A stretch of 64,000 bases of DNA. Source: an uncultured Spirochaetota bacterium. GTDB taxonomy: Bacteria; Spirochaetota; UBA4802; UBA5550. The position numbers were made by a program, and so were the translations under genes. The stretch is taken from NCBI GenBank assembly GCA_963827275.1, contig CAWHAA010000006.1, positions 224,001-288,000 of the forward strand, written 5' to 3'. The notes beneath the pieces were generated by a model. The model saw nothing but the letters and a program-made list of their open reading frames with translations, was not told the origin of the DNA and did no database searches. This document shows positions 43,833-53,051 of the stretch, one piece after another. Each line of letters begins with the position of its first letter. The stretch's first letter is position 1.

Positions 43833-44489
43833 ATGACACTGTATCCCGTCATGCTGAACATCTCAAACCGCAGGGCCGTCGTCATCGGCGGCGGGACTGT
43901 CGCGCTCAGAAAAATTGAGGACCTTGTCAGTTGCGGCGCTTCCGTGACCGTGATCGCGCCGGACATACACGAATCGATACATGCGATACGGGAGGCCAAC
44001 CCGGGGACGGTCAGTATCGAACGGAGACCGTACCGCAGGGGCGATTGTGACGGCGCACATATTGTCTTTGCCGCATCAGGTGACGAAAAGGTAAACAGGG
44101 AAGTCTTTCTCGAGGCTGATGAAAAAAACATATTTATCAACGCGGTGGACGACCCGCCCAACTGCACATTTTTCGTGCCGTCATGGTTCAACCGGGACGG
44201 CCTCGTGGTGTCGGTGTCAACCAGCGGCGCTTCGCCGTCATTGGCGGCAAAGATACGGAGAGAGATCGAAAAGATCATCCCTGATTCAATCGGAGAAACC
44301 CTTGCGGCGATGAAGGCAGTCCGCAGCATGCTCCGGGATGATGGCGACTTCCGGGAACTTTCGTCGCACCGCCGGGGGCTCCTGTTAAAGCGTATCGCCG
44401 ATGACGGCGACCTGCTCGCCGGACTGGTCAGAAGCAGGAACGAAGGCTCGCTGAAAGATTTTATAAAAAAATTACTGGAGACGGAGTAA
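43833..44489 (+). CDS. Precorrin-2 dehydrogenase / sirohydrochlorin ferrochelatase (SirC/Met8p/CysG N-terminal type)
   Basis: YPVMLN, VIGGGTVALRK, NAVDDP..C.F..P, STSGASP.LA. Confidence 0.9.
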   Translation: MTLYPVMLNISNRRAVVIGGGTVALRKIEDLVSCGASVTVIAPDIHESIHAIREANPGTVSIERRPYRRGDCDGAHIVFAASGDEKVNREVFLEADEKNIFINAVDDPPNCTFFVPSWFNRDGLVVSVSTSGASPSLAAKIRREIEKIIPDSIGETLAAMKAVRSMLRDDGDFRELSSHRRGLLLKRIADDGDLLAGLVRSRNEGSLKDFIKKLLETE

Positions 44490-44494
44490 CAGCG

Positions 44495-44755
44495 TCATTC
44501 GCCGTTTCTTTTTGGACGCGCGACATTGACCCTGATGTTACGGCCCTCAACGTCCGTTCCGTTGAGCTTCTCTATGGCCGAGTCCGCTTCGTTATCATTG
44601 GTCATCTCGACAAACCCGAAGCCCTTTGACTTTCCGGAATCAGGATACCGGATAATTTTTACCGCTGAAACATCGCCATGCTGCTGGAACAGGCTCCGGA
44701 GGGCATCGTCTGACATCTGATACGAGAGATTCCCCGCGTAAATTTGTTTAGACAT
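44495..44755 (-). CDS. RRM (RNP-1) RNA-binding protein
   Basis: IYAGNL (RNP2), KGFGFVEM (RNP1); RBS GAGGTG. Confidence 0.93.
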   Translation of the reverse strand: MSKQIYAGNLSYQMSDDALRSLFQQHGDVSAVKIIRYPDSGKSKGFGFVEMTNDNEADSAIEKLNGTDVEGRNIRVNVARPKRNGE

Positions 44756-45035
44756 ATCACACCTCATGAAAATATTGTATGGTAAACCGGTCCGCTGAAA
44801 TGAGCGGATAGGTGTATACGTGCTGCTGAGCTATGATATATATGTATTGAGACTGGTAACCTGATCGGGAGGGGAAATCCGCGTATTCGTTGACTTGAGA
44901 CGTATAGGTAGAGATACTTGACTCTACAGTGATGACCGGTCCTTTAACTCCCCAATGCCCCCTCTATGAACCCCTGCATCCTCTGTAATGGATCTCCGTA
45001 TTAGCGGAGTATTGTACAATTAATGTAATTTGTTA

Positions 45036-45064
45036 TTTATAGGACAGATCGCAAAATTCGTCAA
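45036..45064 (-). promoter_or_regulatory. Sigma70-type promoter for the RRM gene, implying a ~270-nt leader
   Basis: Minus strand TTGACG-N17-TATAAA. Confidence 0.55.
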
Positions 45065-45182
45065 GAATCTTTTTTGTATGACAAACATATAAATCAAATT
45101 TTTGCTGCGCTATATTATACTTGATAATCGCAGCACCTCATGCACTCTGGGAACATCATTATCGGAGAAGCACCGTCACACG

Positions 45183-45581
45183 ATGAAAACAGTTCCCGAA
45201 GAGAGGAAATTCTCCCCGCAGCATGTCTGGATCAAGATGCAGGACGAATTTGCGGGGAGGTGCGGGATTTCCGACGGCAAGCAGACCGGGCTCGGCACCA
45301 TCGTTTTTGTTGTTTTTCCAGAGACAGGCATTGAAGTCAGGGCAGGTGAAAAGGTCGGCACGCTCGAATCCGAAAAGGACTTCTTCAGTATAAACACGCC
45401 CGTATCCGGAGTAATCATCGAGATCAACCGCAACCTTGAATCCAACCCTGACTTGATAAACAGCGATCCGTACGGTGACGGCTGGATATATGCAATTGAC
45501 GTCAAGGAACCCAACGAGTTTCATGACCTGCTGGATGACAGTGAATATGAAGACGTGCTGCTATCGGAAGGAGACATATAA
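45183..45581 (+). CDS. gcvH: Glycine cleavage H-like lipoyl carrier protein
   Basis: H.WI, GISD..Q..LG.IVFV, LESEK, PVSG, N.DPYGDGWI. Confidence 0.8.
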   Translation: MKTVPEERKFSPQHVWIKMQDEFAGRCGISDGKQTGLGTIVFVVFPETGIEVRAGEKVGTLESEKDFFSINTPVSGVIIEINRNLESNPDLINSDPYGDGWIYAIDVKEPNEFHDLLDDSEYEDVLLSEGDI

Positions 45582-45702
45582 CCGCGCCGTATTTTATTCA
45601 GTTAAAAAAATGCACTTGATTTTTTACCCTGATATTTGTAAGCTATTTTTGATAGATGAAAAACAGCAGCCTTGATAAAATATCACCAATGGGGAGCCAA
45701 GT

Positions 45703-46017
45703 ATGAAATTTGAAATCCTGATCCAGAACGTGTTCATCCTCCTTGTTATTGCCGTAATCATGGAGTCTTGCGTGATGGCTATTTTTTCCCTGACAGCCCT
45801 CAAGGATACATCGGAAACAAGGCCGGTGCAGATTGCCCGTGACACCATTATAGTCCTGCTCGCCGTCGTGCTCTGTTACAAGGTGGCGATATTCAGCCTG
45901 TTCCGGGGAACCGGTATCGAGCTGCATAAATATCTTGATACCGCGATAAGCGCCCTTATGCTTGTGCGCCTTACAAACCTGATCGGCGACTTCTTCAACA
46001 GGCTCAGGCGCGGATAA
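45703..46017 (+). CDS. Small hypothetical membrane protein
   Basis: Three hydrophobic segments; RBS GGGGAG. Confidence 0.65.
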   Translation: MKFEILIQNVFILLVIAVIMESCVMAIFSLTALKDTSETRPVQIARDTIIVLLAVVLCYKVAIFSLFRGTGIELHKYLDTAISALMLVRLTNLIGDFFNRLRRG

Positions 46018-46085
46018 CCAGCAACTTCCGATAAGATATATTATGTCTCATAGTGATTTTTATCTTACCGGGACATACTGCATGG

Positions 46086-46571
46086 CTAACAGCCGGTTTT
46101 CACCAGCGCCACCGAGTAGCACGCAATACCTTCCCCCCTGCCGGTAAACCCGAGGCCTTCGGTGGTCTTTCCCTTTATTCCGATGCGCTCAGGTGCGATC
46201 CTGAGCGCGGCGGCTATGTTTCTTTTCATGTCATCGACATGCGGCGCAATCTTCGGCTCCTGGCACACCACGACAGAATCAATATTGATGACCGATATAC
46301 CGAGACCGGTAATCCTTGACCCGACATCCTCGAGGAGCACTATGCTGCGTATATTCTTGTAGCGCTGGTCGTGATCGGGAAACAGCCGGCCTATATCCTC
46401 CAGACCCGACGCGCCGCACAGCGAATCTATGATCGCATGGACGAGTACATCCGCGTCTGAATGGCCGCCGAGACCGAACCGATGATCGATTTTTTTTCCG
46501 CCGAGGACAAGATCGCGTCCCAGTACAAACGGATGAACGTCGAAGCCGTTTCCTATCCGGATGTCTTCCAT
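46086..46571 (-). CDS. ispF: 2-C-methyl-D-erythritol 2,4-cyclodiphosphate synthase
   Basis: RIGNGFDVH, GHSDADV..HA, DIG..FPD, TTEGLGF.GRGEG. Confidence 0.97.
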   Translation of the reverse strand: MEDIRIGNGFDVHPFVLGRDLVLGGKKIDHRFGLGGHSDADVLVHAIIDSLCGASGLEDIGRLFPDHDQRYKNIRSIVLLEDVGSRITGLGISVINIDSVVVCQEPKIAPHVDDMKRNIAAALRIAPERIGIKGKTTEGLGFTGRGEGIACYSVALVKTGC

Positions 46572-46577
46572 CGTTGG

Positions 46578-46877
46578 CTACATCTCGAATACATCGGAAA
46601 GTGAGCTTAATTTCAGGACATTGAGGACTTTCGCGCTGACCTTCTTAATGTTGAGTGATTTTCCCTTCTTCTTCTGCAGCTTCAGGAGGCTGATTAAAAC
46701 ACCGACCCCGGAAGAGTCTATATAATCCACCCGTGACAGGTCTATTTCAATGTTCTTGTCCGTGTTATGACCGATTTCAAAAAGCTTTTCCTTGAAATTT
46801 TTGATAGTCATCATTTCCACATCGCCTGAAACGCTCACGTTGACAACAGTGGCGTCTTCTTTGATTTCAATATCCAT
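46578..46877 (-). CDS. STAS-domain anti-sigma factor antagonist
   Basis: IDLSRVDYIDSSGVGVL; RBS GGAG before ATG 46877. Confidence 0.9.
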   Translation of the reverse strand: MDIEIKEDATVVNVSVSGDVEMMTIKNFKEKLFEIGHNTDKNIEIDLSRVDYIDSSGVGVLISLLKLQKKKGKSLNIKKVSAKVLNVLKLSSLSDVFEM

Positions 46878-47047
46878 TGGGAAAATCTCCATAATCGGTT
46901 TTTATTGAACGGAGGAAGCAACACGGTCTCCGTTCATTGCTGCCGTACCATCCATGGGTTGGCCCGTTACCATTTTTCAAAGACTATATATAAATGATAC
47001 AGTTGGATTATATTGATGCTAAACGCCCTTTTTATCCTATCAATAAG

Positions 47048-47076
47048 ATAATATTTCTTATTATACAACAAGTCAA
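47048..47076 (-). promoter_or_regulatory. Sigma70-type promoter for STAS-ispF
   Basis: Minus strand TTGACT-N17-TATTAT. Confidence 0.45.
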
Positions 47077-47118
47077 ACAGAAATTTTTACAAAAAGATCA
47101 TTTTATTGACATTATTGA

Positions 47119-49167
47119 TTATTCGTCCGAATAATTGAGGGTCAGCAGTATCATGCGAGGAGAAACCGAGCCGTTATACCTGTTGTTTTCAAGACGGTAC
47201 ACGATGTCCAGGGGACGCCCATCCTCGAAATACTCCTTCATTACAGGGCCCATTCCCCATCCGATCGCCGTCAGTGGATTTACTTTTGATACGATATATT
47301 TTCCGTGCCCGTTGCCGAAATGCATAAACGAGTCAAATCGGGCACGCCTCGTCATGAAGACAGGCTCGGTATTGCCGCTGCCAAAGGGCTCCATGCGGCC
47401 AAGGTCATTGATGAACGCGGCATCGATCACGTCCATATCAAGCTCGCGCTCTATGACCTGTGGGACCGCGCATCCAAGGCCGTCCCGAATTGACCGCTCG
47501 ATTGAGGAGATACAATCATCAAGTCGGTCGGTATGGGCGGTAAATCCGAACGCATTTTCATGCCCCCCGATCCTTTCAAACCCCTCATGTAACCCGTCTA
47601 TCAGGCTGAAGAATTTCATGCCGCTTCTTGACCTGCCGGAGGCCTTTATAAGCCCGTTTTTACCGGGAAATGCGGCCACGATAACCGGCTTGCCTGTCGA
47701 ATCAGCGATGCGGTTCGCGATAAGGCCGGCATACCCGTCAGGGATATTGTCAGTCCTGATGTAGATAAGCTTTCCCGATGACTCGATATCCCCGCTGCGT
47801 ATATCATCCAGGGTCCTGGCGCAGAACTCGTTGATAAAAGTCCTCCTGCTTTCGTTCAGGGATTTTATCTCCTGTATAATCGCGCGCCGGGAGGCAGCGT
47901 TATTCTCTATGAAGAAGTTCACCGTCAGGTCAGTCTTCCCGAGGCGGCCGGGCGTATTGAGGAGTGGCGCAATCGTCCATCCGATTGAACGCGGAGTTAT
48001 TCGTTCGTTGTTGACCAGCGCTGTCAATGCATGGTGCTTCACCCGGGAGAGAGCGTCAATGCCGGTCTTTACAAGTACGCGGTTTTCTTCAACAAGGGGG
48101 ACAACATCGGCTATTGTGCCGATGGACACGAGCCCTATGACGGAATCGATAAAATCGGCGATCTTGTCGGAGCCGGCAAGCTGGGCCTCAAGGAACAACC
48201 TGTTGAGAATGGAAATGCCGCGTCCGTGGATCTGCTCGCTGACGCCTGCGGCCGCACTGACCCCCTCGATGCTCCGGTCGCCGGCTTTCAGTATTTTCCC
48301 GATAAACTCAATGCACGGAACGATCCTTTTTGATGCGTGGAGACTTTTCAGTGCCGGCGCCAGCACCTCGTCGTTTACAAGGGCCGTGTCCTCATTATCC
48401 ATCGAAGCGATGCGTTCTTCCAGCCGCTCCCTCGAAATACCGGTCTCAATTGCCTCAATGACGCAATTGCGGATAGTGGAAACCGAATACCCCGCATCAT
48501 CAGGAGTGATGATATAGAAGAGCCTGTTATACGATGGCAGATAACTCATCAGGAGCGCGTGGCACAGCTTGAAGGCGACGCCGACTCCCGCAAGGTGACT
48601 GAATGGATACCCGCATCCCGCGATGCGCGGGTTCAGCATGATCGCGGGAGGCAGCTCGATGTCCTGCTCATGGTGGTCGGTCACGATCACATCGATGCCG
48701 AGGGAATGCGCATAGTTTATCTCGGCAACGTCCCTCGTTCCCGAATCAACCGTGATGACAAGGGACACCCCGTTGCTTTTAAATTCGTCAACCATAGCGG
48801 CGGTAAGTCCGTAGGTCTCATCGTCCTTCAGGTACCTGAGAAACGGGGTGATTTTCATCCGGTCAAGCAGGGTGTATATGACCGCGAGCGAGGTAATGCC
48901 GTCAAGGTCGGAATCAGCGAAGATCCCGATATGCTCGCCGCTTTCGACGGCCTGCCTGATACGCGCCACGGCCCGGTGCATGCCTTCGAGTAAAAAGGGG
49001 CTGTGCAGGTCCGACAGACGCGGGTTGAGGAAGGAATCGATCGCCCCCGGGGAATCGATGCCCCTCGAATGAAGGATTTCGATGATGAGCGGATGCAGGC
49101 CGAAAAGTTCAGAATGGGCTTCAGCACTGCCGCTCCCTGCCGTTGATCTGACGCTCAGGGTGTTCAT
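47119..49167 (-). CDS. recJ: ssDNA-specific exonuclease RecJ
   Basis: DSDLDG, YGL, TVDSG, TDHH, AGVGVAFK, GTIADVVPL..ENR, SGRS, GGH..A.G, EPFG.GN. Confidence 0.92.
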   Translation of the reverse strand: MNTLSVRSTAGSGSAEAHSELFGLHPLIIEILHSRGIDSPGAIDSFLNPRLSDLHSPFLLEGMHRAVARIRQAVESGEHIGIFADSDLDGITSLAVIYTLLDRMKITPFLRYLKDDETYGLTAAMVDEFKSNGVSLVITVDSGTRDVAEINYAHSLGIDVIVTDHHEQDIELPPAIMLNPRIAGCGYPFSHLAGVGVAFKLCHALLMSYLPSYNRLFYIITPDDAGYSVSTIRNCVIEAIETGISRERLEERIASMDNEDTALVNDEVLAPALKSLHASKRIVPCIEFIGKILKAGDRSIEGVSAAAGVSEQIHGRGISILNRLFLEAQLAGSDKIADFIDSVIGLVSIGTIADVVPLVEENRVLVKTGIDALSRVKHHALTALVNNERITPRSIGWTIAPLLNTPGRLGKTDLTVNFFIENNAASRRAIIQEIKSLNESRRTFINEFCARTLDDIRSGDIESSGKLIYIRTDNIPDGYAGLIANRIADSTGKPVIVAAFPGKNGLIKASGRSRSGMKFFSLIDGLHEGFERIGGHENAFGFTAHTDRLDDCISSIERSIRDGLGCAVPQVIERELDMDVIDAAFINDLGRMEPFGSGNTEPVFMTRRARFDSFMHFGNGHGKYIVSKVNPLTAIGWGMGPVMKEYFEDGRPLDIVYRLENNRYNGSVSPRMILLTLNYSDE

Positions 49168-49171
49168 GCGT

Positions 49172-49843
49172 CTACTGCGAGGCCTTCTTCGCAAGGTAAT
49201 CAGCCTTGTCGTTCTGGCCGCGTGGTATATGCTCGATTTTGCAGTTTTCAATCGTTTTCATAAGTGATTTCGCCTGGTCGTACAGACGTTTCATCTGGTC
49301 GTTTTTCACCAGGAATTCGCCCTGCAACTGTTTCACGATCAGCTCAGAATCGGTGCGGATCTTCAGTTCCTTTACTTTGAAATAATGAGCGATCTTCAGT
49401 GCCCGTATCAACGCCGTGTATTCGGCGAAGTTGTTCGTGCGTTTTCCTATGTATGACGATATCTTACCGACCTGCCTGCCCTCGTTATCGAAAATCACAA
49501 TCCCGATGCCCGCGGGCCCGGGGTTGCCGCTGGAAGCGCCGTCTATGTACATGGTAAGGGTCGAATTGAGCGGGACCGACGACAGTTCAGCTCCCTCGAA
49601 CAGGACATGCTCCGGTGATTTTTCATCCTGTCCGCCCTCCTCTCCGTCCTCCCCGGCATCGTGGGACTTTTTGAGGATTACTTTCTTGTGACCGACCTGC
49701 TTTTCATACCTGTTTATCATCGATATTGCCGATTCAATAACATCGACAACATCTTTTACTTCACAATGAGCCAGTTCGGAGATCTTTTCAAGGCTTTTGC
49801 CCTCTGCCAGGAGCTTCAAGACCCTGTCGATACTTAGCAGCAT
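49172..49843 (-). CDS. rnhA: Ribonuclease HI with N-terminal HTH-like extension
   Basis: YIDGASSGNPGPAGIG, TNNFAEY.AL, TDSELI, N..AD. Confidence 0.88.
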   Translation of the reverse strand: MLLSIDRVLKLLAEGKSLEKISELAHCEVKDVVDVIESAISMINRYEKQVGHKKVILKKSHDAGEDGEEGGQDEKSPEHVLFEGAELSSVPLNSTLTMYIDGASSGNPGPAGIGIVIFDNEGRQVGKISSYIGKRTNNFAEYTALIRALKIAHYFKVKELKIRTDSELIVKQLQGEFLVKNDQMKRLYDQAKSLMKTIENCKIEHIPRGQNDKADYLAKKASQ

Positions 49844-49920
49844 ATATAAGTCCTTTTTATAGTTGAATCATTTCTTGTATATTAATTTTAACCGGCAACG
49901 CGCCGGCATTTATTTTAAAT

Positions 49921-50619
49921 TTATTTATAAATATACTTACCGCAGTTGGTGCATATCACCACTTTTTCCCTGTTCCCCGCATCAATGGCCAGGTGGGAAG
50001 GTATTTTGAAATTACAATTACCGCAAATCTCGCCATCGACCCTGGCAATGCCGGTGCCGTCTTTTGACTTTATCATTTTTAAAAATTTTGATTTATACAG
50101 GGGATTAAGCGATTCCACTATTGCGTTGAATTTTTCTTCGTTATCACGAACTGTCACTTTATGTCCAGCCGTCTCTTTTTCAAAGACCAGTTTTTCTTCC
50201 GAAAAGACCCTCTCTTTTTCTTTAATTGATTCCCCGATCGCGGCCCCTTGTCGAGACATGGCGTCGAGGTCGTCGATCATACCGAGGGTCTTATCCTCCA
50301 GCGCGCTTATATCAAGCGTGATGAGATCGATCTCTTTTTCAAGCGCCTGCAGCTCTTTCTCCGTGTGGATAATCGTTTTCCGTTCCTCGAGTTTGAGCTT
50401 ACGGTTTGACATCTCGACCAGAGACAGCTCATCCTGTTTCACCGCGCTTTTCATCTCTTTGATCTTTTTCTCGCTTGCGGACATGGCGGCTTTCTCCGCG
50501 TCCAGCTCCTTTTCAAGCGAATGTACCCGAACCATGGCTTTTTCTATCTGTGCCCGGGACGAAAGAACCCTGTCCCAGTATCCCTGCAGCTTTATCATGA
50601 TCTCGATATCTTTATTCAT
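49921..50619 (-). CDS. Coiled-coil C4-type zinc-ribbon protein (DUF164/CT398-like)
   Basis: Long coiled coil, KELQAL.KEI, CGNC...CTNCGK. Confidence 0.85.
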   Translation of the reverse strand: MNKDIEIMIKLQGYWDRVLSSRAQIEKAMVRVHSLEKELDAEKAAMSASEKKIKEMKSAVKQDELSLVEMSNRKLKLEERKTIIHTEKELQALEKEIDLITLDISALEDKTLGMIDDLDAMSRQGAAIGESIKEKERVFSEEKLVFEKETAGHKVTVRDNEEKFNAIVESLNPLYKSKFLKMIKSKDGTGIARVDGEICGNCNFKIPSHLAIDAGNREKVVICTNCGKYIYK

Positions 50620-50836
50620 TCTACCGCCACTTTCCAACTATATGTTCCTATAATCCTGGTTGTCAGCATTAATGACAGCAATCAGGCTGCTTCCGGATCT
50701 TTTACATCGATATACGATTATGACCGGGTCCCCGTGAAATATTTTTTTATTCCAGCGGGATTTAATCATCAACAGTTCTATTATGTGGTCAACTGGAGTG
50801 TGTCAATATAAAAATTATGTCTTATGCAATTAGTTG

Positions 50837-51874
50837 TCAGAGGATTAACATTGCATCGCCATAGGAAAAAAAGCGGTATTTTTCACGCACTGCTTCACGG
50901 TAAGCGGCCATTATGGCGTCATATCCGGCGAATGAAGCCACGAGCATCAGGAGCGTTGACCGGGGTGTATGAAAATTCGTTATCAGGCAGTCCGCTGAAA
51001 GGACCCTGCGCGGCGGGTAGATGAAGATGTCGGTCTCCCCTGCCCCGGGAATGTTCATGCCGCCATGGAAGGTGCTTTCAAGTACGCGCAGCGACGTGGT
51101 CCCGACAGCAATGATGCGCCCCTTGCCATTCCTGGCGCGGTTTATGATCTCGGCGGTCCCGTCGCTTAATACATATTTCTCGCTGTGCATCTGGTGCAGC
51201 GAGATATCATCCTCCCTCACCGGCTGGAAGGTGCCCCACGAAACATGGAGCGTGAGAAATACAGGCTGCACGCCCCTGTCCCTGATACTGGCGAGCAATC
51301 CGTCGGTGAAATGCAGTCCCGCAGTCGGTGCGGCTATCGCTCCGCTCTCCCGCGCATATACCGTCTGGTACCGCACGCGGTCTTCCTCTGCTGCGTCCCG
51401 CCTGATGTAGGGCGGGAGCGCAATCGAGCCGATGTTGTCCAGGTCATTGTCTGCAAGCTCCCTGTTCGATTTCAGCTCCAGGATGCCGCCTGACTTTTTG
51501 ATTATGATGAACCCTATGGAGGGATCATTCACCGGGTAGAGTGTTTCACCCGCCTTGCAGCGTTTTGTACGGTTGGTAATCCCGGTCCACCTGGCGGCAT
51601 CGAGCCTCCCGGTAAGGAGGAGCTCCAGCACGCCGCCCGAACTCCTTTTGCACGGTATGCGGGCGCTGATGACCTTCGTGTCGTTGAGCACCAGGACATC
51701 ACCCTGTTTCAGAAATTCAGGCAGCCGTGAAAAAGCGCTGTGCACGTGGGTGCCGTCATGGCGGTTGAGGACAAAAAGACGTGATTCATCGCGTGCCTGC
51801 TCCGGATACTGCGCAATCAGCTCCGGCGGCAGATGGAAGTTGAAGTCATCAAGCGTGAAACCGTCGGTCCGCAT
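50837..51874 (-). CDS. queA: S-adenosylmethionine:tRNA ribosyltransferase-isomerase
   Basis: LPPELIAQ, LPPYIRR, YQTVYA, AAPTAGLHF, NFHTPRSTL, FFSYGDAM. Confidence 0.97.
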   Translation of the reverse strand: MRTDGFTLDDFNFHLPPELIAQYPEQARDESRLFVLNRHDGTHVHSAFSRLPEFLKQGDVLVLNDTKVISARIPCKRSSGGVLELLLTGRLDAARWTGITNRTKRCKAGETLYPVNDPSIGFIIIKKSGGILELKSNRELADNDLDNIGSIALPPYIRRDAAEEDRVRYQTVYARESGAIAAPTAGLHFTDGLLASIRDRGVQPVFLTLHVSWGTFQPVREDDISLHQMHSEKYVLSDGTAEIINRARNGKGRIIAVGTTSLRVLESTFHGGMNIPGAGETDIFIYPPRRVLSADCLITNFHTPRSTLLMLVASFAGYDAIMAAYREAVREKYRFFSYGDAMLIL

Positions 51875-51877
51875 GGA

Positions 51878-53050
51878 TTACTGGAAGGAAAATGGATTTC
51901 TGATTTTCGATGCGATATACCCGCTGCGCATGTCCGTTACCGTGATGCCGGTATAGTAATGCTTCAATATATCACGGTACCCGAACCCTTTGCGCGCCAT
52001 GCCCCGGGCGCCCCACTGGCACATCCCCACGCCGTGGCCCCACCCGTTGCCCGTGAGCAAAAGCCCGTTCTCAGTTTTTTTTGAAGTGAAATATAAACTC
52101 ATGATTTTATCGGACGGGAACATGAGTCGGAAATTATTACCGCTTACGGCTATGACCCCCTCAGAATGCCGGATGACCACATCGGTGACGCGGTCATTTT
52201 TTCTGCGGAAGGTTACATTACGGATACTGCCGATCCCGGGGTTCTGCCGGGAAAGATGGTTTCTGATTTCATCAAGCCCAAGGCGTGTTTCCCACCTGAA
52301 TTTCGTCGAATCCTGGCAAAAGCCGCACCGCACGCTGTTTAAATAGGGCATCTGACTGCCGTTCCACACATACTTGTCGTCTGAGGTCTTGCCGCCGCAG
52401 GTGGAATGGAAATACGAGAGTATGGGACGCCCCCCATACTCCAGTATCTCTCCGCTCGTGTCGAGCACCGCTTCTGTGGTGCTCTTTTTTTCATCGGCGA
52501 TCCCGCGGTATACCTGTGACTGCGCGGTCGCATCGATATCGTACGGTAAACCCTCTTTTCTGCCGTTGATCAGGTGGTAGCAGGTATAGGTCCGTGATGC
52601 GACGGCCTGGGCTTTGAGGGCGTCATGTTCCCAGCCCGAGGGTATTTCCCCCGGTACAACGCTTGACAGGTATTCATCGATTCTCAGTATATTAACGACA
52701 TGTATCGTTCCATTGAGAGAAATAATTTCAAGTGACCCCCGGTACGGGTTTCCGTTCAGCATGAGGGGAGAGCCTCCCGGGACAACCTGAATCCTGCTGC
52801 GTATTTCAGCCGGCCTGAAAACAACCGACCTCTTTCCTTCCGCGTCGTTTTTTCCGGATATCCTGAACGCCGCCTGCGAGGAGACGGTAAAATCGGCTTG
52901 CGCCCTGAGCAGCAGGACACGGACCCGGGTAGAGTCAGGTCCGTTCCCGAAATTATTTTTCACCATGAACTGCGCGCAGGAGGTAAGCAGCAGCACACAT
53001 AGCACTGAAAGCGCGCAACGAAATTGTCCGTACCGCGTCCGGAGAACCAT
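51878..53050 (-). CDS. SpoIID/LytB-domain lipoprotein (lytic transglycosylase-like)
   Basis: Lipobox LTSC; YL.SVVPGE, ALKAQAVA.RTY, QVY.G, G.GHGVGMCQWGA. Confidence 0.9.
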   Translation of the reverse strand: MVLRTRYGQFRCALSVLCVLLLTSCAQFMVKNNFGNGPDSTRVRVLLLRAQADFTVSSQAAFRISGKNDAEGKRSVVFRPAEIRSRIQVVPGGSPLMLNGNPYRGSLEIISLNGTIHVVNILRIDEYLSSVVPGEIPSGWEHDALKAQAVASRTYTCYHLINGRKEGLPYDIDATAQSQVYRGIADEKKSTTEAVLDTSGEILEYGGRPILSYFHSTCGGKTSDDKYVWNGSQMPYLNSVRCGFCQDSTKFRWETRLGLDEIRNHLSRQNPGIGSIRNVTFRRKNDRVTDVVIRHSEGVIAVSGNNFRLMFPSDKIMSLYFTSKKTENGLLLTGNGWGHGVGMCQWGARGMARKGFGYRDILKHYYTGITVTDMRSGYIASKIRNPFSFQ

Positions 53051-53051
53051 A

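Noticed and set aside
46906..46936. Hairpin TGAACGGAG...CTCCGTTCA upstream of the STAS gene
   Set aside because: It is a single stem with no U-tract after it on either strand, too little to call a terminator or riboswitch.
50640..50836. Possible RNase P RNA or other ncRNA near the zinc-ribbon/rnhA genes
   Set aside because: The region is too short, has no GAGGAAAGTCC-type RNase P signature, and shows only a weak hairpin.
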